From an uncultured Candidatus Rokubacteria bacterium (lineage in GTDB: Bacteria; Methylomirabilota; Methylomirabilia; Rokubacteriales; CSP1-6): a stretch of 64,000 nucleotides of DNA. The position numbers and the translations under genes are program-made. Under the pieces are notes generated by a model. It ran no database searches. It saw only the letters and a program-made list of their open reading frames with translations, and had not been told where the DNA came from. Numbering within the stretch: the first letter of the stretch is position 1; each line of letters starts with the position of its first letter. The stretch is from the NCBI GenBank assembly GCA_963758635.1, contig CAVWWD010000005.1, positions 704,001 to 768,000 of the forward strand, in the 5' to 3' direction. This document shows positions 40,977 through 53,367 of the stretch, in pieces.

Positions 40977-41513
40977 ATGATCTTCTGCCACGTCGGCGTC
41001 AGCACGGTGGACGACTACCTCACCCTGCGCGAGCCGCACCGCCGGGCGCACCTCGACCGGCTGCTCGCCCTCCGGAGCGCCGGCGCCGTCATCGGTGGCG
41101 GGCCGGCGCCGGACGGCAAGACCGCCGACGTGTTCTACCGCGGCGACACCGAGCGCGACGTGACGCGCATGGTCGAGGACGATCCCTACTTCGTGGGCAA
41201 GGTGTGGAGCGAGTACCGGCTCACCGCGTTCAGCCACTTCCTGGAGCCCTGGCAGGTCCCGCCGCTGGTCACCGACGGTTCCCGCGCCGTGACCATCGTC
41301 GAGGGCCGCGCGCCCGACGTGGACATGGCCTCGTTCGCGCTCATCGAGGCGCGCGGGGCCGGGCACATGGCCTTCGGCGGGTTCTTCGCGGGCGGCCGGA
41401 CGCTCGCCGTGATGTCCACGGCCGACGCCGCCCTGGCGACGGCATGGCTGGCCGACACGGGGCTCTGGGACGCGGAGACGCTGACCGCGCGGCCGCTCCT
41501 GCACGTGCTGTAG
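40977..41513 (+). CDS. YciI-like protein
   Basis: LREPHRRAHLDRL, GGGP, DDPYF. Confidence 0.75.
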   Translation: MIFCHVGVSTVDDYLTLREPHRRAHLDRLLALRSAGAVIGGGPAPDGKTADVFYRGDTERDVTRMVEDDPYFVGKVWSEYRLTAFSHFLEPWQVPPLVTDGSRAVTIVEGRAPDVDMASFALIEARGAGHMAFGGFFAGGRTLAVMSTADAALATAWLADTGLWDAETLTARPLLHVL

Positions 41514-41685
41514 CCCTCGAGCCGCCCGACGAGCCCCCACTCCTTGCCCCCCGTCCGCGGGGTGCGGTACGATGGCGCGCAATCCGGGCGCCCAACCCGG
41601 CGCCACGCGGCGGGATCCTCACTCTGGCACCGTCGTCGTCCCGACGACGGCGCGCCTGCCGCTCGGATCTCCAAGGGAGGAGAAC

Positions 41686-43048
41686 ATGGACCAACGGCTT
41701 CGGCAGCTCGCTGAGCAGCTCGACGGGGGCGTCATCGCCCGCCGGGAATTCCTTCGCAAGGCCGCTGTCGTCACGGGCAGCACGGCGGCCGGGCTCGGCG
41801 TGCTCCGGCGCATGGCCCACGCCCAGGGCGGCCCCAAGCTCCGGGTGTGGCTCTTCAAGAGCTTCGTGACCAAGAGCAACGACATCCTCGCCCGCCAGGT
41901 CGAGGAGTGGGCGAAGGAGCGCAAGGTCCAGGTCGAGACGGACTGGGCGACCTTCGGCGACCGCGAGCAGAAGTTCGTCGCCGCCATCGAGGCCGGCAAC
42001 CCGCCGGACATCGCCGAGATGAACTACCAGGGCCCGGCTCGCTACAAGCCCGCCCTGCGCGACGTGTCCGCGCTCGTGAAGGACCTCGCGGGCACGCGCG
42101 GCGGCCTCCTGCCGTACGCCGAGCGCGTGACCAACATCGGCGGCCAGTACTTCGGCGTGGCGCGCCTCGCCTTCCCCGGCGGGTTCTTCGTGCGCAAGGA
42201 CCTCCTCGACGCCAAGGGCGTGAAGATGCCCAAGACGTACGACCCCGACGTGCTCGAGATGGCGAAGAAGTGCCAGGACCCGTCCAAGGAGATCTGGGGG
42301 CTCGGCCAGACGCTGAACCGCTGCGACGACGGCAACGGGTTCATGCAGAACATCCTCTGGAACTACGGCGGCGGCGTGTGGGACAAGGACGGCAAGCCCG
42401 CGCTCGGCACGAGCTTCCTCAAGCAGAACGTCGAGGCCCTGCAGTTCGCGGTGGACACCATCCAGAAGCACAAGATCCAGCCGCCCGGCGTCATGGGCTG
42501 GAACGACGTGTCCAACAACGAGGCGTACCTCGCCGGCAAGCTCGTGTCCACCAACAACGGGGCGAGCCTCTACTACGCGCTGGTCGACAAGAAGCACGCG
42601 CTCGCCGACAAGACCCAGGTCCTCCTCACCCCGGGCGGGCCCGCGGGCTCCTTCGTCGGCGCCGGCTGCTACAACTGGGGCATCTTCAAGGCGTCGAAGC
42701 ACGCCGACCTCTGCGAGGACCTCATCCGCTGGGTCGAGGACGAGAAGCGCTTCGAGGAGTTCAAGAAGGCGTCGATCGGCCAGGCCGGCCCCGTCTACAA
42801 GGCGCGCGCCGACAGCCCGTACTGGAAGACCGACCCGAACTTCCAGGGCATGCTCCAGAACCTGCTGCGCGGCGTCTGGATCGGCTATCCCGGCCCGTAC
42901 ACGCCGGCGGCGGTGGAGGTGCAGGCGCAGTACATCCTCTGCGACATGGCCGGCCGCGTGGTGGTGGGCGGGCTCTCGCCCGAGGCCGCGCATCAAGGAA
43001 GCGCACAAGCGGGTGGAGGACATCCACAAGATCCGGAGCCGGGGGTAG
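41686..43048 (+). CDS. Carbohydrate ABC substrate-binding protein with Tat-like signal (frameshift ~42990)
   Basis: ARREFL; AAIEAGNPPD; corrected C-terminus KEAHKRVEDIHKIRSRG*. Confidence 0.88.
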
Positions 43049-43059
43049 GCGAGGCCGCC

Positions 43060-44015
43060 ATGGCCGCCGTTCCCGCCGCACGCAGTCGAGCCCGGGACCG
43101 GGCTCGTCCACGCGCCGGCCCCGCGGAGGGCTCGCCCAGTACCTCGGGCCCGACTATCGGCTCGGCTACCTGTTCGTTGCCCCTATCGCGCTCGCCGTCC
43201 TCGCGCTGGTGGGCTATCCGTTCCTGTACGCCGTCTACCTCTCCATGACCCACAAGCTCGTCGGCATGCCGCCGGTCTTCGTGGGCATGGAGAACTACGT
43301 CCGGCTCTACGAGGACGGCTTCTTCCGGCGCGCCGTCTACAACAGCTTCCTGTTCACGTTCTCGTCGGTGGGGTTCAAGCTCGCGTTCGGGATGCTGATG
43401 GCGCTGGTCCTCACCTCGCGCGTGCGCTTCCGTAGCTTCTGGACGGGCGTGCTCCTGATCCCGTGGGTCGCGCCTACCGTGGTCTCCGCGCTGAACTTCC
43501 TCTGGATCTTCGACGGCAGCCTCGGCGTGCTCAACTACATGCTCGTCCGCGTCTTCCACATCCTGCCCCAGGGCGTGGGCTGGCTCTCCGAGCCGAACAC
43601 CGCGATGGCCTCGGTGATCGCGGTCAACGTGTGGCGGGGATTCCCCTTCTTCGGCATCAGCTTCCTCGCCGGCATGAAGGCCATCCCGGCCGAGCTCTAC
43701 GAGGCGGCGGCGGTGGACGGGGCGAGCCCGCTGCGACGCTTCCTGCACATCACGCTGCCGAGCCTCAAGAACATCATGATCATCGTGATGCTGCTGTCGA
43801 CGATCTGGACCTTCAACGACTTCGGCATCGTCTACGTGCTGACCAAGGGCGGGCCCGGTGGCGCCACCATGGTCATGCCCGTCCTCACCTACGAGACCGC
43901 CTTCGGCGCCCAGCGCCTCGGTGAGGCGATCGCCGTGGCCCTCTACCTCCTGCCCGGACTCGCGCTCACCATCGTCGTCCTCGCCCGCTACATGGGCAAG
44001 GGACGGAAGCGGTGA
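43060..44015 (+). CDS. Carbohydrate ABC permease (frameshift near N-terminus)
   Basis: FVGMENY, IPAELYEAAAVDGAS. Confidence 0.9.
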
Positions 44016-44866
44016 CCTCGGCGCGGGCGGGCGCCCGCCGGGCGAGCATCGTCGAGGGCGGGATCTCCTACGCCGTCCTCGGGATCCTCGCCGTCATCGT
44101 GCTGTTCCCCTTCTACTGGATGATCGTCACCTCGCTGAAGAGCGAGGACCAGATGCGGAGCCTCGTGTCGATGTTCTGGCCGAGCCCCGTGATCTTCGAC
44201 AACTACCGCCAGCTCATCAGCAAGACGGAGTTCGTGTCCTGGTACGGCAACAGCCTGATCGTCTCCATCGCGAGCACGTTCGTGGCCACCGCCATCGGCA
44301 CGATCGGCGCGTACGCCCTCGCCCGGCTCAAGTTCCTCGGCCGGGGGTTCATGGCGAGCGCCACCCTCATCACCTACCTGGTGCCGCCGTCCATCCTGTT
44401 CATCCCGCTCTACGCGCAGATCAAGAACATCGGCCTCTCGAACAGCCTCTGGGGGCTCGTCGCGACGTATCCGAGCTTCACCGTGCCCTTCGTCACGTGG
44501 CTCCTCATGGGCTACTTCGAGTCCATCCCCGAGGAGCTCGAGGAGTCGGCGATGATCGACGGCGCCACCCGCTTTGGCGCCTTCTACCGGATCGTGTTGC
44601 CGCTGGCCGCGCCCGGGGTGCTCGCCGCGTCGCTCTACGCCTTCACCCAGGCGTGGAACGAGTTCCTCTACTCGCTGGTGTTCATCACCGACGGGCGCCT
44701 GCGCACGCTGCCCGTCGGCCTCGCCAGCTTCATCACGGGCGACGTGTACGGCTGGGGCTACCTCATGGCGGGCGCCGTGCTCACCACGGTCCCCGTCATC
44801 GCCGCCTACATGTACCTCCAGAAGTACATGGTGGAGGGGCTCACCGCCGGCAGCGTCAAGGGCTAG
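44012..44866 (+). CDS. Carbohydrate ABC permease
   Basis: IPEELEESAMIDGA, AWNEF. Confidence 0.93.
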   Translation: MTSARAGARRASIVEGGISYAVLGILAVIVLFPFYWMIVTSLKSEDQMRSLVSMFWPSPVIFDNYRQLISKTEFVSWYGNSLIVSIASTFVATAIGTIGAYALARLKFLGRGFMASATLITYLVPPSILFIPLYAQIKNIGLSNSLWGLVATYPSFTVPFVTWLLMGYFESIPEELEESAMIDGATRFGAFYRIVLPLAAPGVLAASLYAFTQAWNEFLYSLVFITDGRLRTLPVGLASFITGDVYGWGYLMAGAVLTTVPVIAAYMYLQKYMVEGLTAGSVKG

Positions 44867-44916
44867 GCAGGCGCCTCGCCTGCGTCCCGGACGACACGCG
44901 GGGGGGTGAGCGCGGG

Positions 44917-46257
44917 ATGCGGATTCGCTTCTGGGGAACCCGCGGGTCGCTGGCGCGACCGGGCCCCGCCACCGTCCGCTACGGCGGCAACACGTCGTGC
45001 GTGCAGGTGGAAGCGCCCGACGGCACGCTGATCGTCCTCGACTGCGGCACCGGCGCCCACGACCTGGGCCAGCACCTGGTCACGGCGGGGCCGCGCCCGC
45101 TCCGCGCCCACCTGCTCCTCACCCACACGCACTGGGACCACATCCAGGGGTTTCCGTTCTTCGCGCCGCTGTTCGTCCCCGACAACGAGTGGGACGTGTA
45201 CGCGCCCCAGGGGCTGAGCCAGCGGATCGAGGCGACGCTGGCCGGGCAGATGGAGTACGAGTACTTCCCGGTCACCCTCGCCCAGATGGGCGCGACCATC
45301 CGCTACCACGACCTCGAGGAGGGCGCCTTCACCCTGGGCGGCGTGCAGGTCACGACGCGGTACCTGAACCATCCGGGCCTCGCGCTGGCCTACCGGCTCG
45401 AGACGGGCGGCGCCAGCCTCGTGTACGCCACCGATCACGAGCCGCACTCGCTGCACGCCGACGCGCCCGCCACCGGCCCCGTGCACCGTGAGGACCAGCG
45501 TCACATCGAGTTCCTCACCGGCGCGCAGCTCCTCGTCCACGACGCGCAGTACACGCTCGAGGAGTACGCCCACAAGCGCCACTGGGGGCACTCCCCCGCC
45601 GAGCGCGTGGTGGACTTCGCGGTGGCCGCCGGCGTGGAGCGCCTCGCCCTGTACCATCACGACCCGCAGCGGAGCGACGACGCGCTGGACCGACTCGTGG
45701 AGACGTGCCGGCGCCGGGTCGCCGCCGCGGGGAGCGCGGTGGACGTGTTCGCGGCCTTCGAGGGGCAGGTGATCGAGCTGAACGGACGGGTGGCCGAGGC
45801 CGCCGCGGCGATCCGGGCCGCCGACACCGCGACCGCGGGCGCGGCCGCGGTGTCGGGCGCCATGACCGTGCTCATCGTGGACGACGATCCGGGCATGATC
45901 GAGCTGCTCACCGCCACCCTCGAGCCCGAGGGCTTCCGGCTCGTCATCGCCGCCAACGGCGACACCGCGCTCGCCGTGGCCCACGTGGCCCGCCCCGATC
46001 TCGTCCTCCTCGACTGGAACCTGCCCGGACGCAGCGGGCTCGAGATCTGCCGCGCCCTCCGCGCCGACGCCGACGCGAAGCTCCGCCAGGTGCCGGTCGT
46101 GATGCTCACCGGCCAGGTGGAGGCCGAGCACACCGCGGCGGGATTCGCGGCGGGGATCGACGACTACGTGACCAAGCCCTTCAAGCCGACCTATCTCCGC
46201 GCGCGCGTGCACGCCTGGCTGATCCGGGGCCGGACGGGCGCCGCGGGAAACGGCTGA
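44917..46257 (+). CDS. MBL-fold metallohydrolase fused to C-terminal receiver domain
   Basis: FWGTRGS, GGNTSC, THTHWDH, WGHS, HHDP; then VLIVDDD...LLDWNLP...VTKPF. Confidence 0.9.
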   Translation: MRIRFWGTRGSLARPGPATVRYGGNTSCVQVEAPDGTLIVLDCGTGAHDLGQHLVTAGPRPLRAHLLLTHTHWDHIQGFPFFAPLFVPDNEWDVYAPQGLSQRIEATLAGQMEYEYFPVTLAQMGATIRYHDLEEGAFTLGGVQVTTRYLNHPGLALAYRLETGGASLVYATDHEPHSLHADAPATGPVHREDQRHIEFLTGAQLLVHDAQYTLEEYAHKRHWGHSPAERVVDFAVAAGVERLALYHHDPQRSDDALDRLVETCRRRVAAAGSAVDVFAAFEGQVIELNGRVAEAAAAIRAADTATAGAAAVSGAMTVLIVDDDPGMIELLTATLEPEGFRLVIAANGDTALAVAHVARPDLVLLDWNLPGRSGLEICRALRADADAKLRQVPVVMLTGQVEAEHTAAGFAAGIDDYVTKPFKPTYLRARVHAWLIRGRTGAAGNG

Positions 46258-46274
46258 GCGTCTCCGCCGGCCCG

Positions 46275-47591
46275 ATGCGTCTCGTCCCCGACCTCGTGCT
46301 CGTCGACGGGCGGTTCGAGGCCGGGCGGGCCGTCACGGTGGAGGGCGGGCGCATCACCGACGTCGGCCCCTTCCCGCCCGCGTGGGGCGACGCCGCCTTC
46401 GCCGACGACGTCGTGCGCCTCCCCGGCAAGGCGCTCCTGCCCGGCACGGTCAACGCGCACTGCCACACCTTCCAGTCGCTCCTGCGCGGCCTCGGCGACG
46501 ACCTCGACTTCATGGCCTGGCGGGACCGCGTCCTCTACCCGTACTCGACCCGGCTGGACCGGGACGGCATCTACCTGGGGGCGGCCTTCGCCTTCGCCGA
46601 GATGCTGGGCCACGGGGCCACGACCTGCGTGGACTTCTTCTACCTGCAGGACGGCGGCAACGACAACGCGGAGGCGGTGATCCAGGCCGCGCGCGACACC
46701 GGCATCCGCCTCGTCCTCGCGCGCGCCATGTACGACTGGGACGGCGCGCCCGCGCGCTACCGCGAGACGCCCGGGGACGCCGCCCGCCGCGTGCGCGAGC
46801 TGATCGACGCCCACGCCGGCGACCCGACGATCACGGTGCAGCCGGCGCCGCACAGCCCCCACGGCGCGTCGCCCGCGATGATCCGCGCCGGCTTCGAGGT
46901 GGCGGAGGCGGCGGACACGCGCTTTCACATCCACGTGGCGGAGGGCCAGTACGAGGGCGCGCGCACGCTCGCCGAGCACGGGGCCACGCCCATCCGCTAC
47001 CTCGACCGGCTCGGCGTCCTCGGGCCGCGGGCCATCGGCGTGCACTGCGTCTGGCTCGACGACGAGGAGATCCGGCTGATGGCGGAGCGCGGGGCGGGCC
47101 TCGCCTACTGCCCGTCGTCGAACATGATCCTGGGCGACGGGATCACGCGCATCACGGAGATGCAGGCCCTCGGCGTCCGCATCGGGCTCGGCACCGACGG
47201 CGGCTGCACCAACAACCGCCTGAGCGTCTTCGAGGAGATGCGCATGGCCGCCCTCCTCCAGAAGGTGCGTCACCTCGACGGCACGCGGCTGCCCGCGCAG
47301 GTGGCCCTCGAGATGGGCACGGCGGAGGGCGCGGCGCTGCTCGGCCTGCCCACCGGGCGCATCGCTCCCGGCATGCTCGCCGACCTGGTCGCGGTGGACC
47401 TCGGTCACCCGTCGCTGCATCCGCCGGTGAACCTGGTGAAGAGCGTCGTCTACGCCATGTCCCATCAGGCGGTGACCGACGCGTGGGTGCACGGCCGCCA
47501 CGTGGTGGCCGGCCAGCGGCTGACGACGATGGACCAGCCGGCGCTCCTCGCGCGCGTGCGGGAGCTGACCCGCGACTGGACGGTCGCGTGA
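46275..47591 (+). CDS. Amidohydrolase (MTA/SAH deaminase-like)
   Basis: NAHCH, HIHVAE, HCVW, GLGTDG. Confidence 0.9.
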   Translation: MRLVPDLVLVDGRFEAGRAVTVEGGRITDVGPFPPAWGDAAFADDVVRLPGKALLPGTVNAHCHTFQSLLRGLGDDLDFMAWRDRVLYPYSTRLDRDGIYLGAAFAFAEMLGHGATTCVDFFYLQDGGNDNAEAVIQAARDTGIRLVLARAMYDWDGAPARYRETPGDAARRVRELIDAHAGDPTITVQPAPHSPHGASPAMIRAGFEVAEAADTRFHIHVAEGQYEGARTLAEHGATPIRYLDRLGVLGPRAIGVHCVWLDDEEIRLMAERGAGLAYCPSSNMILGDGITRITEMQALGVRIGLGTDGGCTNNRLSVFEEMRMAALLQKVRHLDGTRLPAQVALEMGTAEGAALLGLPTGRIAPGMLADLVAVDLGHPSLHPPVNLVKSVVYAMSHQAVTDAWVHGRHVVAGQRLTTMDQPALLARVRELTRDWTVA

Positions 47592-47791
47592 CGAGCCGGA
47601 CGACAGCAGGCCGACGTGTTCATCCAGAGCCCGGAGTTCGCGGCGCGCCTCCGCTCGCTGTTTCCCTGAGCATCGCCGCCCGCGGCCCTCGCGCGGGCGG
47701 TCGCATTGACACCCTCGCGGGGCCCGGGGTACTGTGGCCCCGTTTTCGCGCCGAGAACCCACGCCAACCGCGGAGCAGGAGGAGGCCACCC

Positions 47792-49174
47792 ATGGCTCGC
47801 AAGCCCGCCGACATGACCACCAAGTACCTCCTGTCCGAGAAGGAGATGCCGACCAAGTGGTACAACGTGCAGGCGGACCTGAAGACGCCGCTGCCGCCGC
47901 CGCTGCACCCCGGCACGGGCCAGCCCATCGGGCCGGCGGACCTCGCCCCGCTCTTCCCCATGGAGCTCATCAAGCAGGAGGTGAGCCAGGAGCGGTGGAT
48001 CGAGATCCCCGACGAGGTGCGCGACGTGCTGCGCCTCTGGCGGCCCACGCCGCTCTACCGCGCTCACCGGCTCGAGCGCGCGCTGGATACGCCGGCCCAC
48101 ATCTACTACAAGTACGAGGGCGTGAGCCCCGCGGGCAGCCACAAGCCGAACACCGCGGTGGCCCAGGCCTACTACAACAAGAAGGAGGGCGTGGCCCGGC
48201 TCAGCACCGAGACCGGCGCGGGCCAGTGGGGCTCGGCGCTCGCGCAGGCGACGAGCTTCTTCGGCCTGCAGTGCAAGGTGTACATGGTGAAGGTCTCGTA
48301 CCAGCAGAAGCCGTACCGGCGCATCCTCATGGAGACGTTCGGCGCGCAGGTGGTGCCGAGCCCGAGCCCGGACACGCAGGCGGGCAAGAAGGTGCTCGAG
48401 CAGGACCCGGAGTCGCCGGGGAGCCTCGGCATCGCGATCAGCGAGGCGGTGGAGGACGCGGCCACGCGTGACGACACGAAGTATTCCCTGGGCAGCGTGC
48501 TGAACCACGTCCTCATGCACCAGACGGTGATCGGGCTCGAGACGAAGAAGCAGCTCGAGAAGGCCGACGCCGAGGCCGACGTGATCGTGGGCTGCATCGG
48601 CGGCGGCTCGAACTTCGCCGGCTTCTCCTTCCCGTTCGTGGGCGACAAGCTCGCGGGCAAGCGCAAGAAGCTCCGCGTGGTCGCGGTGGAGCCCACCGCG
48701 TGCCCGAGCCTCACCAAGGGCAAGTACGTGTACGACTTCGGAGACACCGTCGGCCTCACGCCGCTGGTGAAGATGCATACGCTCGGGCACACGTTCATCC
48801 CCGCCCCCATGCACGCGGGCGGGCTCCGCTACCACGGCATGGCCCCGCTCATCTGCAAGCTCTACGACGAGGGCGTGATCGAGGCGCGCGCGGTGGCCCA
48901 GATCGCCACGTTCCAGGCCGCGGTGCAGTTCGCGCGCGCCGAGGGCATCCTGCCCGCGCCGGAGGCCGCCCACGCCGTGCGCGGCGCCATCGACGAGGCC
49001 CTGGCCGCCAAGCGCGACGGCAAGCGGCGGACCATCGTCTTCAACCTCTGCGGCCACGGCTTCCTCGACCTGTCCGCGTACGAGTCGTACCTGGCCGGGA
49101 AGCTCCAGGACTACGAGTACCCCGCTTCGAGCGTCAACGAGGCGCTGCGCCACCTGCCCAAGGTGAAGGGCTGA
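47792..49174 (+). CDS. trpB2: TrpB-like PLP enzyme (TrpB2)
   Basis: [40 protein letters not shown]; promoter TTGACA-18-TACTGT. Confidence 0.92.
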   Translation: MARKPADMTTKYLLSEKEMPTKWYNVQADLKTPLPPPLHPGTGQPIGPADLAPLFPMELIKQEVSQERWIEIPDEVRDVLRLWRPTPLYRAHRLERALDTPAHIYYKYEGVSPAGSHKPNTAVAQAYYNKKEGVARLSTETGAGQWGSALAQATSFFGLQCKVYMVKVSYQQKPYRRILMETFGAQVVPSPSPDTQAGKKVLEQDPESPGSLGIAISEAVEDAATRDDTKYSLGSVLNHVLMHQTVIGLETKKQLEKADAEADVIVGCIGGGSNFAGFSFPFVGDKLAGKRKKLRVVAVEPTACPSLTKGKYVYDFGDTVGLTPLVKMHTLGHTFIPAPMHAGGLRYHGMAPLICKLYDEGVIEARAVAQIATFQAAVQFARAEGILPAPEAAHAVRGAIDEALAAKRDGKRRTIVFNLCGHGFLDLSAYESYLAGKLQDYEYPASSVNEALRHLPKVKG

Positions 49175-49348
49175 CGCGGCCGGGCGCCCCGCGCTGCCGG
49201 CCGCGCCGCGCGCGGCTCGTCCGTCCGTGGCGGCGCGCTCGCCGTGATGCTCGCCGTCGCCGCAACGACACTCGCAGAATGCGGTAACCGCCACGGGCCG
49301 TCTACAGTCCCAGCCGCTCAGGCAAGGGCATCCGGAGGCTGCCGGGGC

Positions 49349-50984
49349 TCATTCGGCCGACCCGCGGCGGCGCCGCCAGACGTCGGCGAGGGCGGCGAGC
49401 TTCGCCCGCACGGGCAGCCGCTCGTCGGACAGCGCCTCGAGGAAGTCGGAGAGCCGGCGCGAGCGCGCGATGGACCACGCGGTGAGCGTGATCGTCGGCA
49501 CCAGGACCAGCGCGAAGTAGCCGAGCTTCGTGCCCCACGGCGCGTCGGCCGCGGCGAGCAGGTTCATGCCCAGGAAGCCCGTGGTGATCGTCCCGATGAG
49601 CCCCACCACCGTCACCACCGTGAGCCGGATCACCATGTTCGCCTGGCGCCGGAGCGAGTCGCTGTCCAGGTACTCGCTCATGTCCTGGATCTCGTCGCGC
49701 ACCTCCGTGAACAGGCGCTCGGTGGCCAGCGCGTCCTGGCACATGCGGTAGAGCGCCTTCGCCTGGGCCTGGTCGGAGATCTCGTGGAACCAGTACCGGT
49801 GCGTGAACCGGAGGAAGACCTCCTTGATCTGGCGGATGCGGCGCTTGAAGCGCTTGACCGACTCCGCGTCCGGCACGTCCAGGCGGTTCACCGCGTCCAC
49901 CAGCCGGTCGGCGAGGAGCACGAGCGCCGCCTTGTGGAAGTGGGGGACCAGGAACAGGAGGAAGTGCTGGTGCCGGAAGTGGGCGAGGAGGCCCATCTCG
50001 CGGTCCACGAAGTACGGGTCCGCGGCGCCGCCCACCATCACCAGCGCCTCGCCCGAGCAGAGGTAGCGCGTCCCGCCCTCGGCCGTGTCGTCCCAGTAGC
50101 GGTCGTAGCAGTAGCGGCTCTCGAAGTCCGCGACGTGCCGCTCCGAGAACGGCAGCACGCCCGGCGCGCCCGGCGCGGTGACGAGCCCGAGCCGGACGAA
50201 GTCGGCGCGGCTGAGCGCGCGCGGCCGGTCGACCGCGAGGTACGCGAGCAGCGGCATCCGGTGGTACTCGATCGGCCGGTAGCGGAGCGCGCCCCGCTGC
50301 CCGGAGTGGTGCGGGACCATGGGCGTCAGAAGGTGCTCCCAGTGCGCGGCGATGGCGGGAGCGCGATAGCGGCACACGTGGGCCAGGAACTTCTCGCGCT
50401 TCTCGTAGTCCGACACCGCCAGCACCGAGCCGTCCTCGGCCAGCCACTCCGCCCGGGTCACGCAGTGGCCCCCCTGCCCGTCGGGCCCCCAGTGCGTGGG
50501 ATACGCGCGGCCGATGCGGTACAGGAGGTCCTGCACCTGACCGAGGGGCAGGCTCCCTGCCCGCCAGCTCCACGGCCAGGATGATCACGTCCACGTCGTA
50601 GAAGGCGTAGAGGTCCACGTGAGCCACGTCCAGGACGACCGCGTCGGCGTCCCCGGGGCACTGGAGCCTGACCTTGGCCACGTCGGTGCGCCGGAACACG
50701 CGGATCGGCGACTCGCCGTGCCGGATGCCGCGCGCCGCGCCCTCCCCGTAGAGGAGCCGCTGCACGTAGGGGAGGAACGTCACGAACTCGCCGTAGTGGC
50801 GCTCCTGGAAGAGCGCGGGGTCGCTCGGGAACTCGTCCTCGACCGTGCGCCAGCATGGGCCGAAGTCGCCCTCGGTCAGGAGCTGCCAGGGCGCCGCCGC
50901 CGCCCCGTCCGCCGCCATCAGCTCGAGCGGCCACAGCAGGATCTGGCGGAAATGGCGGACGGTGGCGTGAGCGGCCTGCTCCAC
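49349..50984 (-). CDS. CorA-like 2-TM protein with extended N-terminal domain (frameshift ~50555)
   Basis: C-terminal LTVVTVVGLIGTITTGFLGMN plus second TM; about 540 aa. Confidence 0.8.
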
Positions 50985-51188
50985 AGAGCCTCGTGGCGTC
51001 CGGCGCGGGCGGCGATCCCGCGGCCGAGAAAGCGAGTCGATCGGGCTGAACACTCATAGCACGTTCCCGGCGCGAGGGTCGACCCGCCGGCGCTCCGCGG
51101 CGCTCGGACGATCACCGTCGCCTTGCGCCGCCGCGGGGGCTCGGGTACGGTCGCGATGCGCCGCCCGCCGCGGCGAAAGGAGGACGGA

Positions 51189-51605
51189 GTGATCGCGTCG
51201 CCCGCCGGCTGGCCGAGAGCGGCCGCTTCCAGAACGTCGTGCTCGCCGTGATCGTGCTGACCGCCGTGCTCATCGGCCTCGAGACGTTCCGAATCGCTGG
51301 CCGAGCGCCATCGCGCCCTCTTCGACGCCGCCGAGATGCTCGTCCAGGCGGTCTTCGTCGTCGTCATCAACAACCTTGAATCGGCCAAGGACGAGGCCCG
51401 GGCGGAAGCGGATCGGGGAGGTCCCAACGAGGACCTGCTCGGCGCGATCGGAGAGATCCGGGACCGGGTCGACCACGTGGAGCGGCTGATCCGCACCGCC
51501 GCCCCGGAAACGCCTCGCGCCGCGTGCCGCCCCGCCCGCGAGCGTGGCCCTCGCCCCGCCGACCGGGACCCCGGGCCGGGCGCCGGGCGCCGTCCCCGAG
51601 GTTGA
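51189..51605 (+). pseudogene. Internally deleted voltage-gated ion channel (NaChBac-like)
   Basis: RLAESGRFQNVVLAVIVLTAVLIGLET (S1) and S2, then directly VVINNLE plus coiled-coil tail; S3-S6 absent. Confidence 0.65.
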
Positions 51606-51780
51606 CCATCGGCTCGTAGCCGGTCCGCCCCACCCGGACCTGGGCGGCGCGAGCGGGTCCGGCTCCCGTACCGCGTTCGTATCGTATTCGTCATCACCCC
51701 GTCACGAGCGCCTGGTACGGTGCCGTCCGCAGCCGACGATCGACGCCGTCATCCAGATCGGTCCGGGGAGGAATCTCGAC

Positions 51781-53230
51781 ATGACGTCGCTGACCAAGGC
51801 CATCGTGCTCGCCGCAACCCTGCTCTGGAGCGCGCCCGCTCTCGCCACGCCCGTCTTCGTCAACGGGCTCGCGCTGCCCGGCGACACCGTGGACCTGCGG
51901 GGCGACCGCCTGGGGTACTTCTCCGACATCTACTACGACCCCAACCGGAACGAGTGGTGGGCCCTCGGCGACCGCGGCCCCGGCGGAGGCACGCTCTCCT
52001 ACGACACGCGGGTGCAGCGCTTCACGATCGACGTGGACGCCGCGACCGGCGCGATCTCGAACTTCAAGGTCGTGCAGACGATCGTCTTCACCAACGCCGC
52101 GGGCACCATTCCGTTCAACGGCATCGCCCCGTCGCCGGCAAACAACCTCGGGCGCTCCTTCGACCCCGAAGGGATTCGTGGTGGTGCCGAAGACAGGGCG
52201 CTTCCTCGTGTCCGACGAATACGGGCCCGTCGCTCTACGAGTTCAACCGCGACGGTACGCTCCACCGGGCTTTCACCACGCCCGGCCAACCTGGTCCCGC
52301 GAACGGCGCCGGGCGAGCAACAACTTCGCCAGCGACGTGGGCAACACCGCGGGCAAGCGGACCAACCGCGGCTTCGAGGGCCTGGCGGTGAGCCCGGACG
52401 GCAAGTTCACCTACGCGATGCTCCAGAGCGCCATGCTCGACGAGGGCGGGGGCGACGGCGTGTACGCGCGCATCGTGAAGTTCGACAATGCGACCGGCGA
52501 GGCCGTCGCGCAGTACGCGTACAAGATGGAAGGCGCGGGCCAGGGGCGCGGCATCTCCGCCCTCGTGGCCATCAACGACCACGAGTTCCTGGTGCTCGAG
52601 CGCAACAACCGCGGCGTCGGGCGTGGACTCGGAGCTGACGCCCGCCGAACAAGAAGGTGTTCAAGATCGATCTCGCCGGAGCGACGGACGTGAGCGCGCA
52701 TGACGCTGCCCGCCGGGGACGCCCTTGATCCTCTGCCCAGCGGGCGTCGTGCTCGTCACGAAGGAGGCCACGCCCGTTCATGGATCTCGGCCGCGGACAC
52801 GCTGGCCGCCTTTGGCAACCGCGTGTCCCGGAGAAGTTCGAGGGGCTCAGCATCGGGCAGCAGCTCGCCAGCGGCGCAATACCTGATCCTGGTGGGCACC
52901 GACAACGATTTCTCGATCACGCAGGACCTGGATTCCGGCATCCAGTTCGACGAGTATTTCCGGTTCTCGGGCTCGATCACCGAGCGCATCCGCTGCGACC
53001 GCGGCACCTTCGTCAACTGCACCTCGGTCAACAGCGATGGCACGCTGGGAGATCCCTTCTCTGGGGAGACTGACGGATTCGGCCTGCTGCCTGGCCTCCT
53101 GTACGCCTATCTGAGCGGCTCCGGCGACCTCGCGTCGCTCGTGCGGCCGGCGTCCGCTCCGTGGTCGGCGGCGCTCGTCCTTGCCGGGATGGCCGCAATG
53201 GCGCTGGGCCGCCGTCGCGGCCGCGCGTGA
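51781..53230 (+). CDS. Esterase-like activity of phytase family protein with PEP-CTERM-like tail (several frameshifts)
   Basis: DRGP, DPEG, VSDEYGP, NRGFEGLA, TDNDF; C-terminus ASAPWSAALVLAGMAAMALGRRR. Confidence 0.85.
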
Positions 53231-53367
53231 CCGGCCGCGCGCCGGCTCCCCGGCCCTTCTGGCGGGGATCGGCCTCACGCTGAGCGGGCTTCTCGCGCCT
53301 GAAGGGGAGGGACGCAAAGGCGACCCTTCACGTTGACCGGGCATGGGGGTGGCCATACCATCACGCT

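Noticed and set aside
47792..49174. trpB without trpA as a novelty
   Set aside because: Stand-alone TrpB2 is a known arrangement
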